This document shows positions 46,107 to 55,931 of a stretch of DNA of 64,000 nt, one piece after another. The stretch is from NCBI GenBank assembly GCA_016788665.1, contig JAEUSF010000006.1, positions 4,401 through 68,400 on the forward strand, in the 5' to 3' direction. The notes under the pieces were generated by a model that was given only the letters and a program-made list of their open reading frames with translations, did no database searches and had not been told where the DNA came from. This stretch comes from Candidatus Doudnabacteria bacterium (GTDB lineage: Bacteria; Patescibacteriota; Doudnabacteria; UBA920). The translations under genes and the position numbers were made by a program. Numbering within the stretch: position 1 is the first letter of the stretch; each line of letters opens with the position of its first letter.

Positions 46107-46155
46107 AGTAGTGAGTAGTGAGTAGTGAGTAGTGAGTAGTGAGTAGTGAGTAGTG
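46107..46155. repeat. (AGTAGTG)x7 perfect heptanucleotide tandem array abutting the dinB start codon
   Basis: Counted directly: seven exact copies 46107-46155, immediately 5' of the ATG at 46103 (minus strand). Confidence 0.95.
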
Positions 46156-46212
46156 CTACGGATCCCGTTACTACCGTCAACTACCCGCTACTTATTACCT
46201 GCTTTTTTAGCT

Positions 46213-46261
46213 AAACGTTCGTTCACCTTGTTATTTTATGACTATAATAAAAATTGTGCAA
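46213..46261 (-). promoter_or_regulatory. dinB promoter (TTGCAC-17-TAAAAT) with a GAACGAACGTTT LexA-box candidate just downstream of the -10
   Basis: Minus strand -35 at 46261-46256, -10 at 46238-46233, box at 46224-46213; same ACGAACGT core as upstream of lexA. Confidence 0.45.
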
Positions 46262-46390
46262 ATCAAAAAAACCACATTCACCATATAACAAAAAAGCCTA
46301 TTTTAAAAACAAGCGATTGTCTTCAAAAAAGGTCTTTAAATATGCTATTAATACTGGGCTTACTGCTTTATATGCTCTCTCAAGCATTAT

Positions 46391-46780
46391 TTAATGATGC
46401 CCATGATGATGAGCGTGCTGTTCCTTGCGTATATGAATATGTCTTTTTTTATGCAGCAAAAATACCACTGCCAACATTACAAAATAGCCAATCCATAATT
46501 CCCATCTTAGAAAAATCCCCGTGCCTAAAATCGCCGAGGTAACAATTAAGTCTAAAAACAGGTCAAACCCCAACCAAAATATACAAACAAAAATTGCTTC
46601 AAAATAACTAATAACCCCAAAACGCCTGACCAAAACCAAAGTAACAAAAGCAATAAGGAGGAAGTACAAATAAAAAGCAAAATTCCCCTGCCCCAAGTAC
46701 CCGTCGAAATAAAAAAATCTAAGTAACAATAAAAAAAGCCATTGGAAAAAAGTTATAAGAAAGAAACGGCTTAAATTCAT
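46391..46780 (-). CDS. polytopic membrane protein with His-rich C-terminus
   Basis: 129 aa, 3-4 TM, C-terminal HAHHHGHH; overlaps the upstream gene by ATGA. Confidence 0.45.
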   Translation of the reverse strand: MNLSRFFLITFFQWLFLLLLRFFYFDGYLGQGNFAFYLYFLLIAFVTLVLVRRFGVISYFEAIFVCIFWLGFDLFLDLIVTSAILGTGIFLRWELWIGYFVMLAVVFLLHKKRHIHIRKEQHAHHHGHH

Positions 46781-47361
46781 ATTTTCTTACGAGCTTTTGG
46801 GGACCTAACGACTTTCTCTTTTAACTCCAAATTTGACCTCAGAGCCGTCCGTCTCGTCTTTAATGGCTTAACAGAAGTTTTTTGTCTTAAAAATGCCGGG
46901 GCCTGTTTTGCTAAAGCTTCCAGATCATTTAAATTATTTTCTAACCTTAGCGCCACATGCTCCAACTTATTTTCAAAAATTTCTGGCTTGCTTTTTGACT
47001 TTCCAGTAAAAAAACTTCCTATGTGGTCTATTAAACCATTGTGAGTATTTTCATGATACACAACTTTATACCAATACTCACCTATCCACATGCCATAGAC
47101 CAAACCAACCACCATCGAGAAAGAAAGAGTTATATAATCCCAAAGTAAAAAAGTATTATATTCAAAAAATACATCAGCGGAAGTAACTATTAATAAATAT
47201 AAAAATATTGCAATTCTGTGCAATATAAAAAATATCAACAAACCCATAAGGCCTGAAAGAATAAGGTAAATGGACCTCCTGAATACGTTTATCATTTTAG
47301 TTTCTAAAGTTTGTTTATTTCTACTATTATAAAATAAATTCAAACCTAAAGCAAACAGCAT
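46777..47361 (-). CDS. membrane protein, unknown function
   Basis: 194 aa with N-terminal TM helices and a charged C-terminal tail. Confidence 0.45.
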   Translation of the reverse strand: MLFALGLNLFYNSRNKQTLETKMINVFRRSIYLILSGLMGLLIFFILHRIAIFLYLLIVTSADVFFEYNTFLLWDYITLSFSMVVGLVYGMWIGEYWYKVVYHENTHNGLIDHIGSFFTGKSKSKPEIFENKLEHVALRLENNLNDLEALAKQAPAFLRQKTSVKPLKTRRTALRSNLELKEKVVRSPKARKKI

Positions 47362-47462
47362 TTGTCCACAGATTTATATATTAACGTTTAAGCATCTCAA
47401 CACGCTAAAAAAGCTTTTAGCTTAAACGCATGGAATTTTACCCAAATAAAATTATCGAGAAG

Positions 47463-48470
47463 CTATCTAACACTCAAAATGCTCCTCTTATAACTATCTA
47501 AGTTATCGAGCGCCACTCCCGTACCCTTCGCCACACAAAGAAGAGCGTCCTCTGCCACATAACAAGGAACACCGACACTTTGAGCAATATATTTATCTAA
47601 ATTTCTTAGCAAGGCCGTACCTCCAGTCATAACCATTCCCTTATCTATAATGTCCGATGCGAGCTCAGGTGGAGTTTCTTGCAAGACAACCTTAACCGCC
47701 TTTGCTATTTCATATAAATCTTCATTAATAGCATCTACTATTTCGTTAGTTGTAACACTTACGGTTTTAGGCAGACCAGATACCATGTCGCGCCCTTTAA
47801 CCTCCATAACCTCTTCCTCTTTTAAATGCAAAGCGCTACCAATAGTAATTTTTATTTCCTCTGCCGTCCTATCGCCAATAGCAATTCCATGTTTTTTTCT
47901 GACGTAGTCAATTATGGACTGATCAAGCCTGTTACCTGCAACGCGAACCGAAGTAGAGTTAACAATACCCCCTAAAGACAAAACGGCGACATCGGTAGTA
48001 CCCCCGCCTATATCTATAATTAAATTACCGCGTGCCTCTGCGATTGGTATACCAGCGCCTATGGCCGCAGCCACAGTCTCTTTTATTACATAAGCCGCCC
48101 TTGCTCCAGCCGCCTGTGCTGCTTCTATTACCGCGCGCCTTTCGGTAGAAGTTATGCCACCAGGGACAGATATCATTACCTCCGGCCTAAAAAATCTTAC
48201 TTTGCCCAAAGCTTTGTTAATAAAATATCTCAACATGGCTTCCGTTACCCTATAATCAGCAATTACCCCATCTTTCATCGGCCTGCTGGCAACAATAGTT
48301 TCAGGTGTCCTTCCCAACATCTCTTTAGCCTCCTGTCCTACTGCCAAAACGTGGTTATCGCTTATAGAAATAGCAACCACGGTAGGTTCATTTATAATTA
48401 TCCCTCTTTTAGGTAAAAAGACCAAGGTGTTAGCAGTGCCCAGATCTATGCCCACTTTTGAATCAAACAT
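47463..48470 (-). CDS. mreB: rod-shape-determining protein MreB
   Basis: Actin-fold motifs GIDLGTANT, DIGGGTTDVAV, GGTALL. Confidence 0.95.
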   Translation of the reverse strand: MFDSKVGIDLGTANTLVFLPKRGIIINEPTVVAISISDNHVLAVGQEAKEMLGRTPETIVASRPMKDGVIADYRVTEAMLRYFINKALGKVRFFRPEVMISVPGGITSTERRAVIEAAQAAGARAAYVIKETVAAAIGAGIPIAEARGNLIIDIGGGTTDVAVLSLGGIVNSTSVRVAGNRLDQSIIDYVRKKHGIAIGDRTAEEIKITIGSALHLKEEEVMEVKGRDMVSGLPKTVSVTTNEIVDAINEDLYEIAKAVKVVLQETPPELASDIIDKGMVMTGGTALLRNLDKYIAQSVGVPCYVAEDALLCVAKGTGVALDNLDSYKRSILSVR

Positions 48471-48622
48471 ATGGGTTAATTTCGGCTTTTTTTAGTAAAA
48501 TAGTCAGACCATTATATCAAATAGTAACAATTGAAACAACTCCATTAATACTGTAAAATATGGATATTCCCTTAAATAATTTAAGCTACCCTAAAAAATA
48601 GCACGCCCCCTGGAAAAAAATA

Positions 48623-49906
48623 ATGACCAAACGATCACGCTACTTATTAATAGCCTTAGGCGCCTGTATTTTTGCCGTACTAGCTCCAGCCATTGTAATA
48701 TACTCAGCCGGCTTATCAATAGATTGGAAAAATAAAAAAATTACCCGAACGGGAATAATTGCTTTTAAAGTTGAACCTAAAAATCCCAATATTTTTTTGA
48801 ACGAACAAGATAAAACCGGTAGCGGCGAAAATATAAAATTTTTAAAATCCCAAGATTACGAACTTCGTTTTGAAGCAGAAAGTTATTGCTACTGGCAAAA
48901 AAAACTACTTGTCACTCCCGGGGAAGTTACGTGGGCCAGCCCATACGGGGGCAAAATTCATTTACTAAAAAACAGTCCCCCGGCAAAAATTATTTCAGAA
49001 TCAGTAGATGATTTTTTCTATTACGGCAACACTCTTTACTCTGTAAAAGAAAATTTATTTTCGACTCTTGACCTAGGTAATAATTCTACACATACTTTAA
49101 CGTTACCAAAAGACGTAAAAAATATAAGCCATATTTCCGGCTCCGACAAATTTTTAGTTTACAACAGCTCCGAAATGACATCTGGTATTTTTTTGGTGGA
49201 CGGAAAAAACACAACTCTTTACGACTTAAGCAAAAACTTCTCCGAACTTCCGAAAATCTTATATTCAGGCACTTCGATCTTTGCCCTGGAAAACAAAACG
49301 CTGTACAAAGTTAGTTCCGACTTTTCTACAAAAACAGAATTTAAATCAAATGTACTTGACTACAATATTCTAAATGACTCCTTATACTATATATCGTCCA
49401 ATGCTTCTACGACTGAATTAATTGCTTTTTCCCTAAACGAAAATCAAGAAACCTTGATTTCCACCCTACCTCAGTTATTAACCGCCAAAGTGTTAGTCAC
49501 AGGGCAAAAACAAATTTTTGTTGAGGGCGACAACCAGCTTTATCAAATTGGCTTTAATCAAAAAAACCTAGGCCCCATAACCACAAAAGACTTCGAAGCC
49601 TCTTCACCCAAACTAATATATATTGGTGGCGGGGAAGCTAATTTCTACGACTTTAACAAGAACGAGACACGCCTAATCTCGAGAAGCAGCCAAAACCTTC
49701 AAAATCCCATCCTTGCCACCAACATTGGCTATGCTATTTGGCAAAAAGGCAACATAATAGAAGCTGTAGAACTAGATACCCGCGACCATCAAAATTCTTG
49801 CGAACTTTTCAAAAGCCCGACAATACAAAAGTTTCAAACCGACGAAGAAAATCGCCGGTTACTTATTTTGGACAACAATCAAATAAAAATAATTGATATC
49901 CAGTAA
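48623..49906 (+). CDS. membrane-anchored hypothetical protein (N-terminal TM, large extracytoplasmic domain)
   Basis: 427 aa; TM YLLIALGACIFAVLAPAIVIY; Asn/Ser/Thr-rich; no domain recognised. Confidence 0.5.
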   Translation: MTKRSRYLLIALGACIFAVLAPAIVIYSAGLSIDWKNKKITRTGIIAFKVEPKNPNIFLNEQDKTGSGENIKFLKSQDYELRFEAESYCYWQKKLLVTPGEVTWASPYGGKIHLLKNSPPAKIISESVDDFFYYGNTLYSVKENLFSTLDLGNNSTHTLTLPKDVKNISHISGSDKFLVYNSSEMTSGIFLVDGKNTTLYDLSKNFSELPKILYSGTSIFALENKTLYKVSSDFSTKTEFKSNVLDYNILNDSLYYISSNASTTELIAFSLNENQETLISTLPQLLTAKVLVTGQKQIFVEGDNQLYQIGFNQKNLGPITTKDFEASSPKLIYIGGGEANFYDFNKNETRLISRSSQNLQNPILATNIGYAIWQKGNIIEAVELDTRDHQNSCELFKSPTIQKFQTDEENRRLLILDNNQIKIIDIQ

Positions 49907-49941
49907 AATCCATCTTTATCAGACAAGAGACAAAACTACGG

Positions 49942-50364
49942 TTATACTTTTAAAGCCGCGTCCAAAGCCATGTTTACCAACTTGTCAGCTTCTTTGTTTT
50001 GCTCCCTTGGGACGTGAGAAAAATTTACACTTCGAAAATTTTTGCACAGTTTTAGCACCTCTTCCGCTACAGGCTTGAGCCCCAGATCTTTTATTTTATA
50101 ACGCCCTTGCATTTGCCTAACAATTAGCTCTGAATCCATTCTTATTTCCAAATCCAAACTACTGGTCTCTAAGTCTGCAATTTCAGACACACCTTTTAAA
50201 GCTCGCAGCAGTGCTCTATACTCGGCTTGATTATTGGTTGTCTCACCTATAAATTCCCCAATTTCAAGCAGTATACTCCCCTTCTCATCTTTGACAATCG
50301 CACCTATCCCTGCCGGTCCAGGATTCCCCCTTGACCCACCGTCTGTATTTATAAATAGTTTCAT
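49942..50364 (-). CDS. rnhA: ribonuclease HI
   Basis: DGGSRGNPGPAGIGAIV..., catalytic D/E/D residues in an RNase H-like fold. Confidence 0.85.
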   Translation of the reverse strand: MKLFINTDGGSRGNPGPAGIGAIVKDEKGSILLEIGEFIGETTNNQAEYRALLRALKGVSEIADLETSSLDLEIRMDSELIVRQMQGRYKIKDLGLKPVAEEVLKLCKNFRSVNFSHVPREQNKEADKLVNMALDAALKV

Positions 50365-50371
50365 TTAATTA

Positions 50372-52084
50372 TTATTGGATTTTGATATCCAAAATTTTTA
50401 ATTTTAATTTTTTTTGACCATTCCAACTATCTTCCAATAGCTCGCACACGGCTTGAACTTTTGACCCATTTAAAATATTAGCAATTTTTGACCCCATGTT
50501 AAACCCAATGGCTGAAAAAGTTTTATTTTCTTTTTGCAACTGAAGCTGAACATGCTTACTCCCTTGTCCTACAATTTTATGCGAAACCACATCCAAATCC
50601 CTTATTAAAAATTTAGGAGCCGGATTTCCTACACCATAAGGCTCCAAAATCATAAGAGCAGATGCCGTATATAAATCAAGCTCAGAGACCAAAAGCTCTG
50701 CTTCTATTTCAACCGAAGCAATCAAGTCATCGGGTCGTAAATTACTTTTGGTAAACTCCAGCACTTTAAGATAAAAATTTTCAAAATTACCCGCGTGAAG
50801 CGTTAAACCTGCTGCCTGCTTATGACCCCCAAACCTTACCAAATTTTCTGACGCATACTTTAAAGCATCAATAATACTAAACTCGCCTACAGTTCGAGCA
50901 GAACCCGTGGCATAATCCCCTTCTTTAGACAAAACTATTGTTGGTTTGTTAAATTCTTCTGCAATTTTACCCGCTGCCAGACCCACCACGCCCTTGCTCC
51001 ACCCTTCTCCCATAAGTACCAAAAAATTTCTGTCAGCAATTTTCTGCGCCTCCTCTCGCGCTTCACTCATAATCCGCTCAGTCAATTCCTGTCTTCTCTT
51101 GTTTACAGTTTCCAAATACTCCGCCTTTTCACCTGCAGCAATTGGATCCTCTTCCAACAAGACACCCAAAGCCACGTCTGCATGTTCTAGCCTTCCTGCG
51201 GCATTCAAACGAGGTGCCAGAACGAAACCCAAAGTATACGCATCGGGTTTTTTTGTTTTAAAATCCAAACCCGCCTTGTTACATAGAGCCTTCAGACCTT
51301 GCCATTTGGTTTTTTCCAAAACCTTCAAGCCATACTTCACCAAAATCCTGTTTTCCCCTAACAGCTCGTGACAATCCGCAACTGTGCCTATGGCCACCAA
51401 ATCCAAAAGCCACTTTTCCCAACCCGGTTTTAATTTAGGATTTAAAATTTCAGATTTAAGATTTTGCAAAACCGCAGAAGCGAGTTTAAAGGCCACACCC
51501 ACGCCGGTTATGTCCCTATACGGATAGGTGTCCGAAGGATTTTTCGGGTTTATGAGGGCAAAAGCCTGGGGGGTAGGACCAATAATTTCGTGATGATCGG
51601 TAATAATAAAATCAACACCATTCTCCAAACACCAATCCGCCACATCACAAGAATTAGTTCCGCAATCTACAGTTATTATTATTTTTGTCCCGCTCTCTTT
51701 TATTTTTAAAACAGCATCCAAATTTACTCCATAACCCTCCGTAAACCTGTCAGGTATATAGCTATAAACATTTGCCCCCAATTCTTTAAATGCCAGCCGT
51801 AAAACCGCATTAGCTGTTACCGCATCAGCATCGTAGTCACCATAAATACAAATTTTTTCGCCCAGTTCGATGGCTTTCCAAATTCGATTTACCGCTTTTT
51901 CCATATCCAAAAATAAAAACGGAGCATTAAGCCCCTCGTACTTCGGATCCAAAAATTCTTTTACTGCCTCCTCGTCGCGTATTTTACGATTATACAAAAT
52001 TTTCGCAAGTACAGAAGGAAGATTTTCATAAACTTTTAAATCTTCTGCAGAAACATTTTCTTTTAATTTCCAGATTTTTTGCAT
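50372..52084 (-). CDS. recJ: single-stranded-DNA-specific exonuclease RecJ
   Basis: DHH motifs (IYGDYDADAV..., TDHHEI) and DHHA1 GGHKQAAG. Confidence 0.9.
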   Translation of the reverse strand: MQKIWKLKENVSAEDLKVYENLPSVLAKILYNRKIRDEEAVKEFLDPKYEGLNAPFLFLDMEKAVNRIWKAIELGEKICIYGDYDADAVTANAVLRLAFKELGANVYSYIPDRFTEGYGVNLDAVLKIKESGTKIIITVDCGTNSCDVADWCLENGVDFIITDHHEIIGPTPQAFALINPKNPSDTYPYRDITGVGVAFKLASAVLQNLKSEILNPKLKPGWEKWLLDLVAIGTVADCHELLGENRILVKYGLKVLEKTKWQGLKALCNKAGLDFKTKKPDAYTLGFVLAPRLNAAGRLEHADVALGVLLEEDPIAAGEKAEYLETVNKRRQELTERIMSEAREEAQKIADRNFLVLMGEGWSKGVVGLAAGKIAEEFNKPTIVLSKEGDYATGSARTVGEFSIIDALKYASENLVRFGGHKQAAGLTLHAGNFENFYLKVLEFTKSNLRPDDLIASVEIEAELLVSELDLYTASALMILEPYGVGNPAPKFLIRDLDVVSHKIVGQGSKHVQLQLQKENKTFSAIGFNMGSKIANILNGSKVQAVCELLEDSWNGQKKLKLKILDIKIQ

Positions 52085-52124
52085 TTCTCAAAAATCAACG
52101 AATTAAAACCAGTCCATTTTACTA

Positions 52125-53723
52125 CTACATATTCTCCAGTAAATTTATACCTGTCATTTCCTCAGGTCTTGGGAGATTTAGCAACGAGAGTATGGTAGGA
52201 GCAATATCTGAAATTACACCACCCGGCATTTCCGAAGCCAAATCTTCATACCTTTTATTTGCCGGGATTTTAAACTTCCACTCATTACTTATAAACAAAC
52301 AAGGTACGGGATTAGTCGTATGATCCTTATCTATTTCTCCAGTTTTCACCGAAATCATCTCCTCTACATTACCGTGGTCAGCAGTAATTAGCAAGGCTGC
52401 GCCAGCCGCCAAAGCAGCGTCCGCAACACGTCTTAAATAGGTGTCTATAAACTCGACCGCCTTTATACTGGCTTGCAAATTGCCGGTATGACCTACCATA
52501 TCACAGTTTGCATAATTAGCCACAAAAAAATTAGTATTAGTACTGATTATTTTCTGCGTCAAAACATCAGTCATTTCATCTCCAGCCATCTGAGGACTAT
52601 CTACATAATTCTTTGAATTGTTAGGACTTGTAACTATTTGCCTCTCTTCACCCGGATAAGGGTCGGTTTTCCCGCAGTTAAAAAACGAAGTTACATGGGC
52701 ATATTTTTCGCTTTCGGCTATATGATACTGCGTAAACTTATTTTGTGACAAAACTTCTGCCAAATTATTTTTTAAGTCCGATGGTGGAAATGCCACATGA
52801 ACCCGAGTCAGGTTCTGTGAATACTCTGTCATGGTGCAAAAGTATACATTTTGCAAAACCGGCCTTCTAAAGCTTTCCGGCACCTGCTCAGGGGCTGTAA
52901 ATATCTGAGCAAGTTGCAAAGCTCTATCCTGCCTGAAGTTAAAAAACACCACGCCGTCGCCGTCTTCTATTTTTGCCATGGGCTTTTGCTCAAAATTAGT
53001 CAAAACAGTTGGGGGTATCATTTCATCAAAAATCTGTTTTTCGTAATTTTGCCTCACCACCTCTTCTGCAGAGGTTCCAACCGGACCTTCGCCCTTAACC
53101 AAAACTTTATAAGTATCAAAAGTCTGGTTCCAATGTCCACCACGATCCATAGTATAAAACCTTCCGCCAATTGAAGCGACAACCCCAACCCCTATACGCA
53201 TTATCCTTTCTTTGATCTTATCTATTGCCTGAAGAGCAACTCGTTCAGCTGTATCACGACCGTCAGTAAACATATGAATAAATACCTCCTTCAAACCCAT
53301 CTCGGCAGATAACCCGAGTAAAGCAAACATATGCTCGTCTAAACTGTGCACGCCGCCGTCTGAAACCATGCCCACCAAATGCAACTTTGATTTATTTTTT
53401 ATACAATGCTCAACCGCGTCCCTCAAAACAGAATTTTTAAAAAACTCTCCATTCTGTATAGCCATGGTTATACGAGGCAAATCTTCTCCTACAATCCTAC
53501 CCGCACCTATGTTCAAATGCCCGCTTTCACTGTTACCCATTTGCCCCCAAGGCAAGCCGACCAGAGGACCACTGGCCTGCAAGGTCGTTGAAGGATAATT
53601 GTTAACCAAACTGTTTAAAGTTGGTATACGTGCCCGCAAAACTGCATTGCCAGTAGAAGGGCCAGCGACGCCGAAACCATCCAGAATCACCAGGACAACT
53701 TTTTTGTAAATTTTATTTTGCAT
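52125..53723 (-). CDS. gpmI: 2,3-bisphosphoglycerate-independent phosphoglycerate mutase
   Basis: LVILDGFG N-terminus, catalytic Ser region, ITADHGN near the C-terminus. Confidence 0.9.
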   Translation of the reverse strand: MQNKIYKKVVLVILDGFGVAGPSTGNAVLRARIPTLNSLVNNYPSTTLQASGPLVGLPWGQMGNSESGHLNIGAGRIVGEDLPRITMAIQNGEFFKNSVLRDAVEHCIKNKSKLHLVGMVSDGGVHSLDEHMFALLGLSAEMGLKEVFIHMFTDGRDTAERVALQAIDKIKERIMRIGVGVVASIGGRFYTMDRGGHWNQTFDTYKVLVKGEGPVGTSAEEVVRQNYEKQIFDEMIPPTVLTNFEQKPMAKIEDGDGVVFFNFRQDRALQLAQIFTAPEQVPESFRRPVLQNVYFCTMTEYSQNLTRVHVAFPPSDLKNNLAEVLSQNKFTQYHIAESEKYAHVTSFFNCGKTDPYPGEERQIVTSPNNSKNYVDSPQMAGDEMTDVLTQKIISTNTNFFVANYANCDMVGHTGNLQASIKAVEFIDTYLRRVADAALAAGAALLITADHGNVEEMISVKTGEIDKDHTTNPVPCLFISNEWKFKIPANKRYEDLASEMPGGVISDIAPTILSLLNLPRPEEMTGINLLENM

Positions 53724-53849
53724 GTTTTAAGCCAAACATTTTTACTATATCCAGCTTCCTAAATTATAACACAAAAAACACCTCTTAACGCCAGAGGTGC
53801 TTTAAACTAATCCAGATAGTTATTTATATAAGCATGTGATAAAAACCAA

Positions 53850-54155
53850 CTATCTTGGTTCATCAATTTCCCGATGAACCAAAGCGTATACTATTAAAGA
53901 AAAATATGGAGCAGTTAAAAAGAATAAATAAAGCTCCAGTGGCAACCCATAAAAATATACACCTACCATGCCTTTACCCGGATAAAGCCAAGCTTTAAAA
54001 AACCAAAAATTTATAAACTCCCACCCCATTAATACAATAAAAATAAATCCTAAGACTAATAGCCTGGTCTTTAAACTCGAAAAGAGTTTTATTTTATACT
54101 TAATTTCTAAGGACACGGCTGCTAATAAAAAAATTATATCTATTAATAGATTCAT
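53850..54155 (-). CDS. lycopene-cyclase-domain protein (CrtYd-like half)
   Basis: About 101-aa three-TM protein with W...G.W.F and GLPLELYLFF (PxE-type motif). Confidence 0.5.
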   Translation of the reverse strand: MNLLIDIIFLLAAVSLEIKYKIKLFSSLKTRLLVLGFIFIVLMGWEFINFWFFKAWLYPGKGMVGVYFYGLPLELYLFFLTAPYFSLIVYALVHREIDEPR

Positions 54156-54457
54156 CTTGTTTTTCTGTCGACTTCGACGGCCCTATAAATAGTTAAACAA
54201 AAATAAGGGACTATTAGAAACCACATAAATTCTTCAATTGGAATAACTCCCACGTATATTCCCAGAATGCCCTTACCGGTAAATACCCAGTGGCCGTTAG
54301 GGATTGCATACTGATCCCATAAAGTTCCAATAAATAAAAATACCAACGCCCAAACCAGCCTTGCCTTTAAATGCTTAAACAAATGTTCCCGATAAATAAA
54401 TTCAACTATCAACCCAAAGACCAACAATATCAAAGCAGAAACGAAATAAAAATACAT
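54152..54457 (-). CDS. lycopene-cyclase-domain protein (CrtYc-like half)
   Basis: Paralog of the previous ORF; WDQYAIPNGHWVF..GVIPIEEFMWF matches the lycopene cyclase domain PxEE signature; overlaps by ATGA. Confidence 0.55.
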   Translation of the reverse strand: MYFYFVSALILLVFGLIVEFIYREHLFKHLKARLVWALVFLFIGTLWDQYAIPNGHWVFTGKGILGIYVGVIPIEEFMWFLIVPYFCLTIYRAVEVDRKTR

Positions 54458-54461
54458 AAGC

Positions 54462-55679
54462 TTATTTTAATGCTTCTATTCCTGGCAATTTTTTGCCTGC
54501 TAAATACTCAAGCATGGCTCCCCCACCAGTAGATACATGATCTATATGACTAAACTGGTGAGCAAGTCTTACGGCATCTACAGTCTCACCGCCACCCACA
54601 ACAATAAAGGCCTTTCCTTTTCCCCGACCGCCTATCAGTCTTGCTAAGGCCATTGTTGAATGATGAAAAGGTTTTGTCTCAAACTTACCCAAAGGTCCGT
54701 TCCAGACCAAAGTATTGGCAAGTTTAATATACTTTGACCATTCCAAAATAGTTTTTGGCCCAGCGTCCAAAATAACTTCTCTTTTACCCACTTCATAAGG
54801 AGCGACACATCTTATTGAACTCGGGTCCATGTCTTTATTTGCCACTACCAAATCTAAAGGCAGTAAAATTTTGTTTTTAAAATTTTTCTCCAATTGCCAC
54901 GCTATCTTAACCCCGGCTTCTTCAACTTTTGACAGACCAGTCTCATAACCCTTGGCTTTAAAAAATAAACTCGCAATTCCCCCTCCTAGCAGCAAATGGT
55001 CAGCTTTCTCGCCAATATTCATAAGAGTCGCAACTTTATCTACAAGTTTTATACCACCCATCATTATTACAAAAGGTTTTTTTGGTTTTTTTAGCAACAC
55101 ATCCAAATTTTTTATTTCCGATTCCAGCAACAGCCCTGCATAAGAGTTCAAATATTTATTAACGCCGACCAAAGAAGCTGCTTCCCTGTGATCAACCCCA
55201 AAAGCATCGTTCACATAAACATCTGCCAGCAAAGAAAGCTGTTTGGCAAAATAGGCGTCGTTTTCATCCTCGCCCTTATAAAATCTTAAGTTTTCCAAAA
55301 ATACCAAATCCTTACTTGGCACATTTTTTATTTGTCTCTCATGCTTCTCCTGCCTTATATCACCAGTATAAAAAATTAAGTGCGGTACATGGTAATCGGG
55401 CACCCTGTGCTCGGTTTCGACAAACTTCATTTTCAATATATCCGCCAATAAGGATGCAACCGGTTTCAATGATAACTTCTCTTCACGCCTGCCTTCTGGT
55501 CTACCTAAATGTCCGCAAATAATAACTTTATTTTTATTCCCCAACAAACACTTTACAGTCGGAACAATTTGCTCAATTCGAAAAGCATCCATAACTTTCC
55601 CATTCTCAACCGGCACATTCACATCTACCCTTAAAAGTACGGTTTTATTTTTAATTGAACTGTTTTTTAAATACTTCAT
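54462..55679 (-). CDS. pgk: phosphoglycerate kinase
   Basis: RVDVNVP, GHLGRPEG, hinge and C-terminal ATP-binding motifs; track start 55706 is TTG, ATG at 55679 (MKYLKN) is preferred. Confidence 0.9.
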   Translation of the reverse strand: MKYLKNSSIKNKTVLLRVDVNVPVENGKVMDAFRIEQIVPTVKCLLGNKNKVIICGHLGRPEGRREEKLSLKPVASLLADILKMKFVETEHRVPDYHVPHLIFYTGDIRQEKHERQIKNVPSKDLVFLENLRFYKGEDENDAYFAKQLSLLADVYVNDAFGVDHREAASLVGVNKYLNSYAGLLLESEIKNLDVLLKKPKKPFVIMMGGIKLVDKVATLMNIGEKADHLLLGGGIASLFFKAKGYETGLSKVEEAGVKIAWQLEKNFKNKILLPLDLVVANKDMDPSSIRCVAPYEVGKREVILDAGPKTILEWSKYIKLANTLVWNGPLGKFETKPFHHSTMALARLIGGRGKGKAFIVVGGGETVDAVRLAHQFSHIDHVSTGGGAMLEYLAGKKLPGIEALK

Positions 55680-55931
55680 AAATGATACTAATATAACTTT
55701 TTCCAATTATCTATTCTAACTTAGGGAATAAATTTTATTTTCCTTTCATCGAAAATCCTTTTGGCTACATCACAATACTGTTTTTCCCTTGCACAACACC
55801 CAAGTTCGTTATGAGTCGAAAAGAGCACACCTCTAATTTCATAGTTAAATCTTTGTAAATTAACTCATTGTTTTTTATATCTGTATTATTAGTATCATCA
55901 GCATGCATTCGCATATTAGTATCTCATACAG

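Noticed and set aside
46153-46542. Plus-strand 129-aa ORF downstream of the dinB repeat array
   Set aside because: Overlaps the minus-strand membrane-protein gene 46391-46780 and the dinB promoter/LexA-box region; no SD or promoter in the correct orientation.
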